A stretch of DNA of 64,000 bases from contig NC_043003.1 of assembly GCF_006345805.1 (NCBI RefSeq), forward strand, positions 64,294,001-64,358,000, in the 5' to 3' direction. The notes beneath the pieces are model-generated. The model was given only the letters and a program-made list of their open reading frames with translations, had not been told where the DNA came from and did no database searches. The DNA comes from Octopus sinensis. Its lineage: Eukaryota. A program made the translations under genes and the position numbers. The stretch's first letter is position 1. Each line of letters opens with the position of its first letter. Below, in pieces: positions 38,512 to 51,811 of this stretch.

Positions 38512-38640
38512 TATATAGAATATATATATATATAGTATATATATATATATATATTATATATATTATATATATAATATATAGATATATAATATATATATAT
38601 ATATATATACATATGTATATATATACATATGTATATATAC
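37843..38640. repeat. About 800-bp (TA)n microsatellite with interspersed G
   Basis: Directly visible. Confidence 0.97.
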
Positions 38641-40711
38641 ACATATACATATGTAGATATATACATATGCATACATATATGCACACAGACACACACATGA
38701 ATATGTACATGTTTAACTTTATCACCTCTCTACTGCTAGACAACTGATGTTGGTTTATTTACATCCCCCGTCACTTAACAGTTCATCAGAAAATTACTTT
38801 TAGGGTAAGTACCAGGCAATAATATGAATACTGGGGTCGATTTGTTTGACTAAACTGTTCAAGGAGATGCTCCAGCATGGCCACAATCCAGCAACTGCAA
38901 CAAGTAAACGAGACAAGATAACAGATATATAAGCTGTTCGGTTAATAGTAACTGCAGCAGATGTTGGTAAGTCGGTTGTAATTGGTGTATGGTAGTTTAA
39001 CTCCCTTGAAATTTAATGCAGATAGTTATGAAGCCATTGAAATTTTGGCAGATGGTTACTAAGCTGCATAATTTTCTACTCTCTTGTGTTTAATAACTCT
39101 AAATGTATGAGAAGTGTGAATTTTCTTTTCCTTTTGTATGAAATGTACTTTAAATCTTTACGTTTGTGTATTTGTTTTGCAAAATTCCTGATGTGAAATT
39201 GTGTGTTGTATTTTTGGATGGTTGGTTTTTGTTTGTTTGTTTTTTTTGTTGTTTTTTTCAAAATAAACACATGCACTCTACAATCGTTCTTCACTTCAGC
39301 TTTTCAGACAAAGGACAATAAAATAAGAGTAATAAATCTGAAGGGAAGAATGAATTTTTAGTGCATGCATATCATCATTATCATCCTCGTTTAATGTCCA
39401 CCTTCTGTGCTAGCATGGGTTGGACGGTTTGACAGTAGCTGGCTGGGCAGGAGCTTGCACCAGATTTCTGTGTCTATTTTGACAGGGTTTTTACAACTGG
39501 TTGCCCTTCCTAACACCAGCCACCCAACAGAGTGGACCGAGTGCTTTTTACATGGCACAAGCACAGGTGAGGTCAGTTTTGGCAAGGTTTTTACGGTTGG
39601 ATGTCCTTCCAAATGCCAACCACTTCACAGTGTGGACTACAAAATAAACTACAGTGATTATTTTGCCAAAAAAAAAAAAAAAAAATGAAGAGACCATCCC
39701 AAATCATAACAATACTTTAAATTTCTATTTCAGTACCTTGATATTGCACAACATAAAAATAAGAATTATCATCTATTTATTTATTTATCTTTTACTTGTT
39801 TCAGTGATTGTATTGAAACAAATAAAAGATGTTGGGGGCACCATCTTTAGTCAAGTAAATTGATCCTGGTACTTGCTTTTTTCAAAGTTCGGTTTTCGTT
39901 TGATTTGTCTCTTTTGCTAAACTGCTAGGTTACAAGGATTTAAACAAACCAACACTGGTTGTCAAGCAGTGAGGAGACACACGCATATATAAAAAGACTT
40001 CCTCACAGTTGCCATCCACCAAATTCACTGACAAGGTATTGGTCTGTTTGAGGCTGTTGTAGAAGACACTTGCCCAAAGTAACACACAATGGGACTGAAC
40101 CTGAAGCCACATGGTCACAAAGCAAATTTCTTAACCGCACAGCCATGCCTCCCCCCCCCCATACTGTCATTTTTCTATGTTGTAAGTGTATTCACTGAAG
40201 ATTACCTCATCCAAAGATGAGGCCCTTGCCTATCTATTGATTCTCCTGAATATCTATTTGTGGATTCATAACATAATGTGTGATTAAAATTAATAACTCG
40301 TTATTAGGGATGGCTGATTGCTTTCCTGAAAAGCTTCCATAATTTCAATGTTAAACTGAAAAATCAACTCTATCTTGCTTTGTTAGCCTGAATAAGAATC
40401 GCATAAAATTATATTTGATAAAGCTATGCAGAGCTAGATTTAAAAGAATGATTTTTAAAACAGTTCAGTCACAATGTATTTTTATTATTTTAAGAATTAT
40501 TTGATTCGAGTTATTTGGAAATATTGAGATTTGCACTTAATTTAATTGCTGAATAAATATTTCATGTAGTTTACGAAACAAAATTGGCATGTCATCATCC
40601 ATAAGTTGAAATATAATACATATTTTATTTGATATTTTCATTTTCAAAATTGTTTTTGAAATGTTTGAAGTTTTTATTTACATATTCACATACGTAATCA
40701 TCTTTTTATAG

Positions 40712-40837
40712 CTGAGAATCAAGAATATTGTGCAAAATATGTTCTGAATTTGAGTTTGCTATTCATCAAACAATGCCAACATCTTTTAGCTGTGCAAAGT
40801 GTAGTAAGACTTATTGCAGTACTTGTTGCTTCTAATG
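40712..40837 (+). CDS. TERB1: TERB1-like exon 5 (TENQEYCAKYVLNLSLLFIKQCQHLLAVQSVVRLIAVLVASN)
   Basis: tctttttatAG acceptor, GTAAGT donor; 126 nt, phase 1-1. Colinear with TERB1 DENQMFCCSLF...ICSFIGLTLANN. Confidence 0.88.
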
Positions 40838-40994
40838 GTAAGTAGACACTATATACGCACACTAGATATATATTTTGATACTTAGAATTGTATTGTTTTT
40901 GTTTTTGCTTTCAGAGTTCAGCTTTATTGTTAATGTGTCTGTTAAATAAATATGTTTCTTTGATTAATGCGAACTAGCAGAAGTAATGACTATT

Positions 40995-41245
40995 AATGTG
41001 TGTCTGTGTGTGAATGTGTGTATATGTATGTGTGTGTGAATGTATGTATGTGAATGTATATGTATGTTTGTGTGTGAATTTGTTTGTATGTATGTTTGTG
41101 TATATGTGTGTGTGTGAATTTATATGTGAGTATATATGTATGTTTGTGTATATATGAATGTGTGTGTGTGAATTTATATGTGTGTGTGTATATATGAATG
41201 TGTGTGTGTGAATGTATATGCATGTATGTGTATATTTGTGTGTAT
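40995..41245. repeat. Compound (GT)/(AT) microsatellite
   Basis: Repeated gtgtgtgtgaat(g/t)tatatg-like blocks. Confidence 0.85.
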
Positions 41246-43029
41246 ATATTTCGATGTAAGAAAAATTATTAGTTGATTATATTCTTTTTTTTTTTATCGT
41301 TTTAAATTCTTAATGTAAAAATGAATTATTTATGAGAGACATTATAATTTTTACCTGAGGTGTTTTTAAATTTTATATTTATTATTACTGTTATGTGTGT
41401 GTGTGTATAATTTTTATTATGGACATTAGAAGGAAAAGGTTAAAACTAAAAAGTTATTACTCTTAATAATGCTTCAGTTAGTGAAACGATATTTGTGAAT
41501 ATTTCAATTTGAAAATAAAAATGTAAAAAAGAAAAAGGTGATTAAGAAACTTGCTTTGCGACCATGTGGTTTCAAGTTCAGTACCACTGCACAGCATCTT
41601 GGGCAAACATCTTCTACAATAGCTCTAGGTTGACAAATGCTTTGCAAATGAACTTAGTTAATGGAAATTGTGTGGAAGCCAGTCATCATCTTTTATAGTC
41701 TGTTGTCCATGCTGGCAAAGGTTGGACAGTTTGACCAGGGCTGATAAGCTGGAAGGCTGCACTAGACTCCAGTCTGATTTGGCATGGTTTTCTATGGCTG
41801 GATGCCCTTCCTAATGCCAACAACTCTGAGAGTATAATGGATGCTTTTATGTGCTACCAGCATGGGTGCCATTTGTGGGTGAATGTGTGTGTGTGTGTGT
41901 GAGTGAGTTTGACAACCAGTGTCATTTTTTACATCCCCTTAACTTAGCAGTTCAGCAGAAAAGACTGATAGGATAAGTACTACACTTTAAAAAAAAAGTA
42001 CTAGGGTTGATTTATTTAACTACAAACTCTTCAAGGTGGTGCCCCAGCATGGCCACAGTCTAAAGACTGAAACAAGTGAAAGATAAAAGATATAGATAGG
42101 AACAGACATGGCTGTGTGGTTAAGAAGCTCACTTACTGATTTGGGATTCAGTCACACACCAGTGCACCTTGGGGGAGTGGCTCATGCTAAAGCCCCAGTC
42201 TAACCAATGCCTTTTGAGGGAATTAGGTAGATGGAAACTGTGTGGAAGCCTGTCATGTGTAGGTGTGTATATAATAATAATTTAATAATAATAAGCCTGT
42301 CATGTGTAGATGTATATATAATATATAAGTGCTGGAGTCAATCCATTTGACTAAACTCCTCCAAGGTAGTGCCCCAGCATGGCCACAGTCCAATCGCTCA
42401 AACAAGTAAAAGACAACTGATAAAGACAAACATTTACTCACAACAAGCACAAGACATTTTGTCGTTTGTGAGAGGAAATGTGAGGATATATATGTTCTAA
42501 TGAAGTGAGGAACAACCTATACACAACTTATACACAATATTAACCTCAGCAGGGAAAGCTTAAGATATGTACCATTTAGATTTTATGATGGACTTGTTGG
42601 CTGTGAAAATACTGTTTCCAATTAATACATGAGAATGTTTTTACGTTTATGGAGCTGGACATCTAATGATAGCAGAGAAGAAAATGATTATAACAGGCAA
42701 AACACTAACATAAATATGTAAAGAATAAACTAGAAAACGTTACTTATTTTTGCTAAATTATTCATTAAGTATTATAAATATTTCTGTGCAGAAAATTTCT
42801 TGCCAGTATTATATGCATGTGTAGCCAATTAGGTTTTAACATATGTTACATGAGTTTAGCACATTGCTCAAGACACAACTTATTAATTATGTATTAGTAT
42901 TTAAAAAGAGAAAAAATTAGATATAAGGGGAATTAATTGTAATTCACAAATGAGAAGATTGCAGTGGTATAGATCTGAGATGTGTATGAAAACTGGCAGC
43001 TGGATGAAAAATTGCCAAGGGACCTAAAT

Positions 43030-43180
43030 GGGAGGAACTTTGGTAAGAGGACGAAGATGTGGGGAAAAAAAAGTGGTAAGAGCCAATCTCAGGATGCTGA
43101 ACCTTGTGAAGGAGATGATAAGGGACTGCAACAAGTATGAGATACTGTGCTGCAGAGCACCTGTGTAAGCCTTGAAAAGC
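43030..43180 (+). mobile_element. Decayed RTE ORF2 C-terminus
   Basis: KMWGKKVVRANLRMLNLVKEMIRD resembles KTWDEVVRxDLRxLxLTEEMTRD. Confidence 0.55.
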
Positions 43181-44649
43181 AGATATAAAATGATGATGAT
43201 GATGATTATTATAGTTGTGTGGTTAAGAAGCTTGCTTTGCAACTGCAGGATTTTGAGTTCAGTTCCATAGCATGGCAACTTGGGTAAGTGAGTTCTATAG
43301 CCCCAGGCAGACCTATGTCTTGTGGGTAAATTTGATTGGTGGAATCAATATGGAAGCCCATTGTGTGTGTGTGAGACCTCTCTACTGCATGACAGCTGGT
43401 TTTGTTTTGTTTATGTCATTGTAACTTAGTGATTCAGCAAAGGCACTAATAGAGTAATTACCAGACTTGAAAAATGTTTAAGTAATGAGGTTGTGTTGTT
43501 CAACTAAAACACATCGGTGTGGTGCTCCAGCATGGCTGCAATTCAATGGCTGAAAACAAGCAAAAGATTTTTTTTTAATATTCTGAATAAAAATATGGAA
43601 CATGGAATTTTGATATATTTCACCTGTGAAACATAACAAAGATTTTCCAAAGACATTCAGCACAAAATGCAATGGGTAACACTGAGAGACAAAAGCAAAG
43701 ATGAAGAATTAATGGGGGTTAGGTTTAGTGGAAGCTAGTTAATTTCTTTAACACAAGCCATCCAAAAATATTCTAACCAGATGTGATTAAGTATGGGGGT
43801 GAGGTGGGGTGGTAAGAAAAGAAAAACATTATTAAAGGAATGTATTTGATGATGTATTTGAAATAAAAACAGAATCATAGTTTTTCTTCACTGGAAGTTA
43901 ATTACACATGAACAAACAGAAAAACAAGACGTAGTATAAGGCACTTTTTCTTTTTCAATTACAAATAGCTGATTAAATCTCGTTATGGAAAGCGGACGTT
44001 AAATGACGATGATGATGATATATATTCTTTTCTACTTTAGGCACTAGGCCTGAAGTTTCGGGGGATGGGGCCAGTCGATTAGATCGACTCCAGTACGTAA
44101 CTGGTACTTAATTTGAACTCAGAACATAAAGACAGACGAAATATCACTAAGCATTTCGCCCAGCATGCTAATGTTTCTGCCAGCTTGCTGCCTTATAATA
44201 ATATTTTAAGAATCTTTTTTACTCTAGGCTCAAGGACCGAAATTTTGGGGAAGGGAGCCAGTTGATTAGATCGACCTCAGTACGCAACTGGTACTTAATT
44301 TATTGATCCCAAAAAGATGAAAGGCAAAGTTAACCTCGGTGGAATTTGAACTCAGAACATAAAGACAGACGAAATACCAATAAACATTTCACTTGGCATG
44401 CTAACATTTCTGCCAGCTCGCTGTCTTATATATATGTATATATTAAGAAATAAAAGTACCTTAAAACTCAAGAATGACTGAAGATACTGAGAGTAAAAAA
44501 AAAAAGTAAAGGACCCAAGATTGTGTGGTCTGAGGTTCGATACCACAGTGTGACACCTAGGGCATGTTTTGTACTGTAGCCTTTGTCTGACCAGCCTTGT
44601 GAGTGGGTTTAGTTGACTAAAACTGAAAGAAGCCCTTTGTGTGTATGTA

Positions 44650-44950
44650 ATATACATACATCATCATCATCTAGTGTTTTAAATCTGGGTTTTGTCCCCG
44701 TTAATGGGTGTGGCCGGATCTACTTCAATGCCATAGCAACTGAGGCAAGCAGGTGCAGCCCACCCCAATCTTTGGGCTGCCTGGTGCCCATTCTCGTTTG
44801 CTATCATGAGGCTTTTTTGGAGCTGGATTTTCAACGGGGAGCATGTTCTTGCTTACCCCCAACCTGAGTTTCTGGACATGAGTGGTCCTGGGACCAAAGG
44901 CCTCTACCATGACTTTTAGGGAATGCGATATAAAAACTAGCACAGAAAGG
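44650..44950 (-). mobile_element. Short non-autonomous element ending in the 3' UTR of the 15.7-kb RTE
   Basis: 3' part ctatggcattgaagtagatc.ggcca..cc.ttaa.gggga.aaaaccc.gatttaaaacact..atgatgat is shared with 15910-15988 and 45620-45700; 5' part is non-coding. Confidence 0.7.
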
Positions 44951-44998
44951 TGGGGCCGCTACTCCCTGAGGCCCCATTCGAAGCCTCCCTACCTATAT

Positions 44999-45044
<46 letters not shown>

Positions 45045-45107
45045 CACACACACACACTCACACATGAATTTGTGTTGTAAGACTCCTGATGTGAAATCGT
45101 GTTGAAA

Positions 45108-45397
45108 CAGGATGGTATTTCTTTTTTGCCAAATAAACACACACACTATATATATTTGTTCTTCACTCATTTATTACTGTTTTTATTCTAACTCATGTCC
45201 CTTGTCCATAGAAGAACAGAAGGGAGTAAGTGGAGCAAGAATACACACAAAAACAAAAAGTGTCATTGAAGAGGTCACAGATTTGTGATGAAAGATTTCC
45301 AGCCAATGGACATGAGTTAGAATAAGAACAGTGATGAACAGATATATAGTCTGTGTGTGTTTATTTGACAAAAAAAAAATCCAAAAACACCATCCTG
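45108..45397. mobile_element. Foldback element with about 90-100-bp imperfect inverted arms
   Basis: 45108-45200 (caggatgg...caaataaacacacac...ttattctaactcatgtcc) is the reverse complement of 45308-45397. A partial related copy lies at about 39165-39300. Confidence 0.75.
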
Positions 45398-45413
45398 AAA
45401 AAAACTATATGTA

Positions 45414-45445
<32 letters not shown>

Positions 45446-47368
45446 CATGTGTTGAGCTGGTATGAAATGCATACTCTGAGGAGTGTGATTGTGTTTGAGG
45501 TAAATGGAGCGTGAAAGTGAAGTAGAATGAGGTGGTGGGGACAGGTAGAGGAGGAGAGTGGGATGGTTGGTTTGAAAAGTGAGGACACCCAAATCTGGGC
45601 GAGTTGGTGTGAGGGCAGTTGGTATGGCATTGAAGTAGATCTGGCCACCCCTATTAATGGGGAAAAAACCCGGATTTAAAACACTGCATAATGATGATAC
45701 ATACATATATATATATACCATCATCATCATTGTTTAATATCTGTTTTCCAAGCTGGCATGGGTTGGACGGTTTCACTGAGGTCTGGAGAGCCAGCGGCTG
45801 CACCAGGCTCCAATCTGATTTGCCAATGTTTCTACAGCTAGATGCCCTTCCTAACGCCAACCACTCCGAGAGTGTAGTGGGTGCTTTTTATGTGCCACCA
45901 GCACAGGAGCCAACCAGGCGGGCCTGGCATTGATGCTGGCATGGGTTGGATAGTGTGACTAGAGCTGGCAAGCTAAGGGACTGCACCAGACACCAGTTTG
46001 ATTTGACATGGTTTCTATGGTTGGATGCCTTCCCTAATGCCAACCACCTTACAGAGTGTACTGGGTTTTACATGGCACAGCACAGGCACCTTTTATGTGA
46101 CACTGCATGGATGCTTTTACATGAAGCTGCACACACACACACATGTACATGTATGTATGTATGCATGTATGCGTGCATGCTAACGGAATGAGAAAGGAGT
46201 GTTCAGTACATGTTGTAAAGGATGTGTTTTGTTTTTAATAAAAATATTGTGTGTGCACCTTTGACTAAACATCACATGATGGTTGCAAATGAGCATCATC
46301 CTTATACAGGTGAAGTTGTTTAATTCCAGTCTTCTGTGAAAAATGTGTTGGGCCATGAGAAATATTACCTTGTTCAGAAACAAGGGAGAGTTGGCAACAG
46401 GAAAAGCATCTGATCATAGAAAATCTGCTTCAACAAATTCCATATGACCCTTGCAAGCATGGAAAATTGGACATTGAATGATGATGATGATGATGTGTGT
46501 ATGAATGTGTGTGTGTCTACCTTTCAATTATTCTAATTTTGAATTACATTTACACTTTTGGGAAAATAAGGATTTTTCTTCATTCCTTTTATTTCAGGTG
46601 GGAGGTGTGTGTGTGTGTGAAGAGAGTAGTTAAACTTAGATAAATTCAATGAGAATTGTGCTATAAATAAAATATTGTTGGGTTGCGACAATATAGCGGC
46701 AGAATAGAAATGATATATAATAGTTTAGTGGAATGAATTTAAAATCAAAATCAATAAAAAGGAAAAAGAATAATCATTTTGATTTTATAATTTGTTAAGA
46801 ATCTGAATTTCTTTTTAAATTTTTGAAGTCAATTTTCACTTGTATTAAAGCATTCATTCAGGCAAAATGTAATGGAATAAACAAATATTTATTTTCCACT
46901 AAATATATTAAATTGTCAGTTTCTATTGATAGTAGTACTTCTTAAAGAAACTTAGTGGATCATCTATTTTAAAAATATCTGAGCAGTTTGAAACCTGTTC
47001 AAAGCGACAAAGAGCAAAACTGGAATTATAAATAAAATGATTTTACGGTGAGTTTGAAACGGGAAGGCATAGCAAGACCAAAATTATAGTTTGGAAAGGA
47101 AAAAAAAAATTATGCAATAAATAAAGTTAGATTTTAAAACTAGTGGCAATACATGTTTTACCCTAAAGCAATGTAAATAGTTGAAATCTATTATATCTCT
47201 AAATCTGAATGTAATTTTAATTTAATTTTAATTATCACTTTATGGTTAGAAATTTAGATTATGGATTAAATGTAATAATGTTAGACATAGGCATTGGGTG
47301 GGAAAACATTTTTTATATAAATCTGTGCAAGATTCAGTGTTTTATCTATACTTAGAAATAGGATGGTG

Positions 47369-47422
<54 letters not shown>

Positions 47423-49444
47423 TAGATAGATAGATAGATAGATGGAGAGAGAGAGAGATACACACATATAAGTGTTTAAGAGAAGGTACACTAACATATC
47501 CATTGATACAGCACTGAAAAGAACGACCTAATATTGCATGAACAGCTAGAAATAGCAACTTGCCCTCCCCCTCAGATAACACTCTTTTTTCCTTTCTCTC
47601 ATTTTTCATATCCTTTTATTAACCCTTTATTTCTATAAATATCTATCTCTCCAGCATTTTCCTCAACAGCCACCTAGTACATTTCATCAATATATATTGC
47701 TCTCTCAATTGGACTGTAGATCTATCTACCTCTCTATTTAGACATATTCTATTTTCCCTACTGTTGTATGTACTCTTCTTATGAGGGATGGGTTGCATAT
47801 GACAGTCTGTGTTTTAGACAAACTGCTTTGATCTGCATTTAATATGTAACTTCCACAGAAACAGCTGTAAAGAATTATCTGCAACTTACCTTTATATTAT
47901 CGAAGACTTTTTCACCAGTGATCCTCTGGATCTTATTTATCTATTACGATTCCCTGGATCTCACCTGTTGTGATCCCATGGATCTAGGTCAAATCAACAC
48001 TAAGAGCTTCACAGATACTCTTCTGTCTCATCCTGGTGTATTCCTGCATCTGCCAAATTTATGATGAACGTTCACCTTTCAGATCTTTCCTGGTTTCCTG
48101 CTATATTTTTATGTATATTTTTGTTCTCTCTATAATATGTTATCTGAATATGTTATAAATTCATTTGATACCTTGCAACTCATCATCATCATCGTCGTCA
48201 TCATAATTTCATATCTATGCTTCATTTTGGGATGGTTTGAACAGTTTGATAGGATCTGATAAAGCCCAAGGATTGCATTGTGCTCTGATGTCTACTCTGG
48301 ACACCATTCCTAATGCCCACCACTTTGCAATGTTGACTGGGTTCTTTTTTTTCTTTCATACCACCAGCACTGTTGAGGTTGCCATGCAGCTTACAGGACT
48401 ACAAACCCCGTGAGAAGTGGTGGTGTCAGCTTAATGCTAAGGGATTAGGGTTTAGAATATGAAAGTTCTTGTTTCAGTCATTGAACTGCAGCCATGCTGG
48501 AGCACTGCCTTAAAGTTTTAGTTATACTAATTAATTCGTATCTTACTACTGTCTTGTGTATATTTCAATTGAAAATGAAGAATATTTTCTTTCTCGCCTT
48601 TTTTTTTGTTTTTCATGTTTTATTATTAGACAAATACCAATGAGAATTTAAGTAGAGTGAATTTGGAGTTCAGGTATACTTTATAATTATGAATATGAGG
48701 TGCAAGTGTGGCTGTGTGGTTAAGAGGTTTGCTTACCAACCACATGGTTTTGGGTTCAATCCTACTGCAAGGCACTTTGGGCCAGTAACTTCTACTATTG
48801 CTCCAGGCTGCCAAAGCCTTGTGTCTGAGTTTGGTAGATGGAAACTGAAAGATACCTGTTGTAAGTGTATGTGTGTGTTTCTGTGTATGTGTGTGTATGA
48901 TTGTGTGTTTGTATCTCCTTGTCTTGACATTGCATAATAGTTGTAAATGATTGTTACTCTCATACAAACAGTGACGTTCATTACCAACATTCTGCTTAAA
49001 CATGTCTTGTGATGGGGGAAATATTACCTTACTTGGAAACAGGTTTAGGTTGGTGGCACAAAGGGCATCCAGCCTTAGAAAACCTGCCTCAATAAATTCT
49101 GTTCCTCTCATGCAAGCATGATGATGATTGTGTGTGTGTGTGTGTGTGTCTCCTTGTCGTGACTACCTTTGGTTGTTGTAAATGAATGGCATTCATCTTA
49201 GATATTCTGCAGAAACATGTCAGGCAAGGAGTAAACTATTACTTTTGCTTGGAAACAAATAAGAGTTGGCCACAAGAAGAGCACCCAGTAGTAGTAGTAG
49301 ATCTGCCCCAACAGATCCCATCCAACCCATGCAAGCATAGAAAAGTAAACGTTAAATCAATGATGATGACAATGATGGTTATATTTCAATATTTTTACTG
49401 AAATAACAAGTATACACATTCGTTTTTTATTTTTTGTTTATTAG

Positions 49445-49603
49445 AGACCAACCAAAATACATTGCGAGAAATGGATGGAATTGATGTATTAGTAAAGACA
49501 ATGAAGATATACACACTTGCTACAGACAATGTTTATAATGCTGAATATTTGAAAACTGCTGTTTTATTAACTTCAGCTCTTGATACATGTCTTTTGGATA
49601 ATA
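49445..49603 (+). CDS. TERB1: TERB1-like exon 6 (ETNQNTLREMDGIDVLVKTMKIYTLATDNVYNAEYLKTAVLLTSALDTCLLDN)
   Basis: tttgtttattAG acceptor, GTAAGT donor; 159 nt, phase 1-1. Matches TERB1 VQKYFVSVGGLDVLSQVL...KLAVVVTKTVDACIADN. Confidence 0.9.
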
Positions 49604-49635
49604 GTAAGTATCCTTTGATTTTTTTTTTTTTTTTA

Positions 49636-50012
49636 TTTGTTTCAGTCATTTGACTGCAGCTATGCTGGAGCACCGCTTTAGTTGAGCAAATTGACCCCAG
49701 GAATTATTCTTTGTAAGCTTAGTACTTATTCTATCAGACCTTTTGCCGAACTGCTAAGTTATGGGGATGTGAACACACCAGCATTGGTTGTCAAGCAATG
49801 TTGGGGAGACAAACACAGACACACAAACACACACACACATACACATACAACAGGCTTCTTTCAGTTTCCGTCTACCAAATCCACTGACAAGGCTTTGGTT
49901 GACTCATGGTTATAGTAGAAAACACTTGCCCAAGGTGCCAAGCAGTAGGACTGAACCCAGAACCATGTGGTTGGTAAGCAAGCTACTTACCACACAGCTA
50001 CTCCTGTGCCTA
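49636..50012 (-). mobile_element. Family A SINE 32 nt downstream of exon 6 donor
   Basis: Near full-length reverse copy. Confidence 0.9.
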
Positions 50013-50364
50013 TTAGAAACTTTAACTTTAGAACTATTGGTGTACATAGGATAGAGAACTGACTTAACTTTTCTTTAGAGATGAGAGCTTGATGATGATG
50101 AGGAGGAGGAAGAAACACTTGTCTGCTTTGCCCTTTGTAGAGCCTCTGACATGGATGTGGTTGATGTTCAATTTGAACACCTGTCAGTTAGCATTCTTTT
50201 CATATTACAACTTGGAGTGGTCTTATTCATGCCAGGCACCAAACCAGTATTTGTACTGGACCCACAGAAAAAAAGCAAACTCACTATCTTCAGTTTGGTT
50301 TGTGTGCCTATCCTTCATTAATGACCAAAATCACTCAATCATGAACGGGATTCCTCCTAAGGAT

Positions 50365-50640
50365 CTCTACTCTGGAGTAATGTTATTTGATCTGGTGCAT
50401 AGCTCAGAAGGCAGGGAGTCTGTCCAGATCAAGCTTCTACTTCTCATCAAGAGGTTGCAGCTCCAGTACTATAGATATGTGATTAGAATGTTGTAGGAAA
50501 TAATTGCAAGACAGATTCTTCAAGCTAAGCTAATCAGCAGGAAACCTAGGGGTAGATCAAAGCTGAAATGGTTTGATAGTATCCATAATCTCAGTTGGCC
50601 ACACTTAATAATTCCACTACTGCTGCTGCTTGAAACCTCC
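50365..50640 (+). mobile_element. RTE (Rex3/Expander-like) ORF2 C-terminal fragment
   Basis: GVMLFDLVHSSEGRESVQIKLLLLIKRLQLQYYRYVIRM*...RQILQAKLISRKPRGRSKLKWFDSIHNLSW resembles VRSSxIRExLxVEPLLLRIERSQLRWxGH...RPRGRPRTRW. Confidence 0.75.
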
Positions 50641-51642
50641 TCCAAATTTTTGGAGCTCCTATAGCTTATGGAGAGAGGACATGTCATTTGGAAGGACATT
50701 GCCAATGTCATATAAATGGCACCTGTGCTGGTAGCATGTAAAAAGTGCCCATTACACCAACCACTTGGAGTGGTTGGTATTAGGAAAGGCATCCAACTAT
50801 AGAAATCAAGCCAAATCAGACTGGAACCTGGTGCAGCTTTCCAGTTTATACCAGTTCCAGTCAGACTATCTAACCCATGCCAGCATGGAAAGTAGATGTT
50901 AAATGATGACTATGATGATTATCACATCAAGTAAAACAAGTGTACCCTCTATTATTGGGATAACTACTCTGGAAAAAGACACAGAATTTCAGACACAAAT
51001 GACACTCAGAGAAGAAAATGGTTGGGAAAAGTGCTTAAAGTATAGTCCCAAACTTTTTCAGGCTGCCACCTCCTTGACACCCAGGCCACATTCCTAACAC
51101 CTCCACCCCAACTAACCATCACAAACATGGACTCTTTCTGAAGCAAAATTCAAAGCAACTGTCTTTCACAAATATAACTTAACCTACTGAACCCATTATT
51201 TTGTTGTTTTTTACATGAATCGCTACCCCATTATCATCCCACTTTTCTTCAACACCCCCAGTGGGGCAATACCACCCATTTTGGGAACCATTGGTATAGA
51301 AGACTGGTCAAGGTGAACCAGAAAGCCCATCTTTGCAAAATGTGCATTTTAATGACACAGCCATGCCTAAAATCATCAACACCACAAGTTCCTGTTTTCC
51401 TTCTAAACACTCTAAGCTTCATAACTTGCATAACTTTTGTTAGAATTTATATTTTATTCTTTATTAATAATAATCATTTTATTTTTAAAAAGATTAACAT
51501 GCCAAAAAATAATAGAAATAATTTCTAATTATTCCAGGAAGTTTTTTTTTTAGAATTTGATAATTAAAAAAATATCTAAAATGGAAAAGGAAAAAAAAAA
51601 GAAAGAAATTATATTGTTTGATACACTTTTGTCTTTTCCCAG

Positions 51643-51774
51643 TGACCAATGCTGAATTGTTTGGTAATTATGGTGGAATAGAAATTTTAGTGAAGCTACT
51701 TCATCTCTGTCACAATGATACACCCAATCAAATCCAAATAATTCTTGCAATAGCACATGCTACAGACCATTCTG
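51643..51774 (+). CDS. TERB1: TERB1-like exon 7 (MTNAELFGNYGGIEILVKLLHLCHNDTPNQIQIILAIAHATDHS)
   Basis: gtcttttcccAG acceptor, GTGAGT donor; 132 nt, phase 1-1. ARM repeat colinear with TERB1 ...SKLLALLLHESLDSGEKFSIMLTLGHCTEDC. Confidence 0.9.
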
Positions 51775-51811
51775 GTGAGTGTGTATATTTTATCTATTCT
51801 TTTATTCTGTT

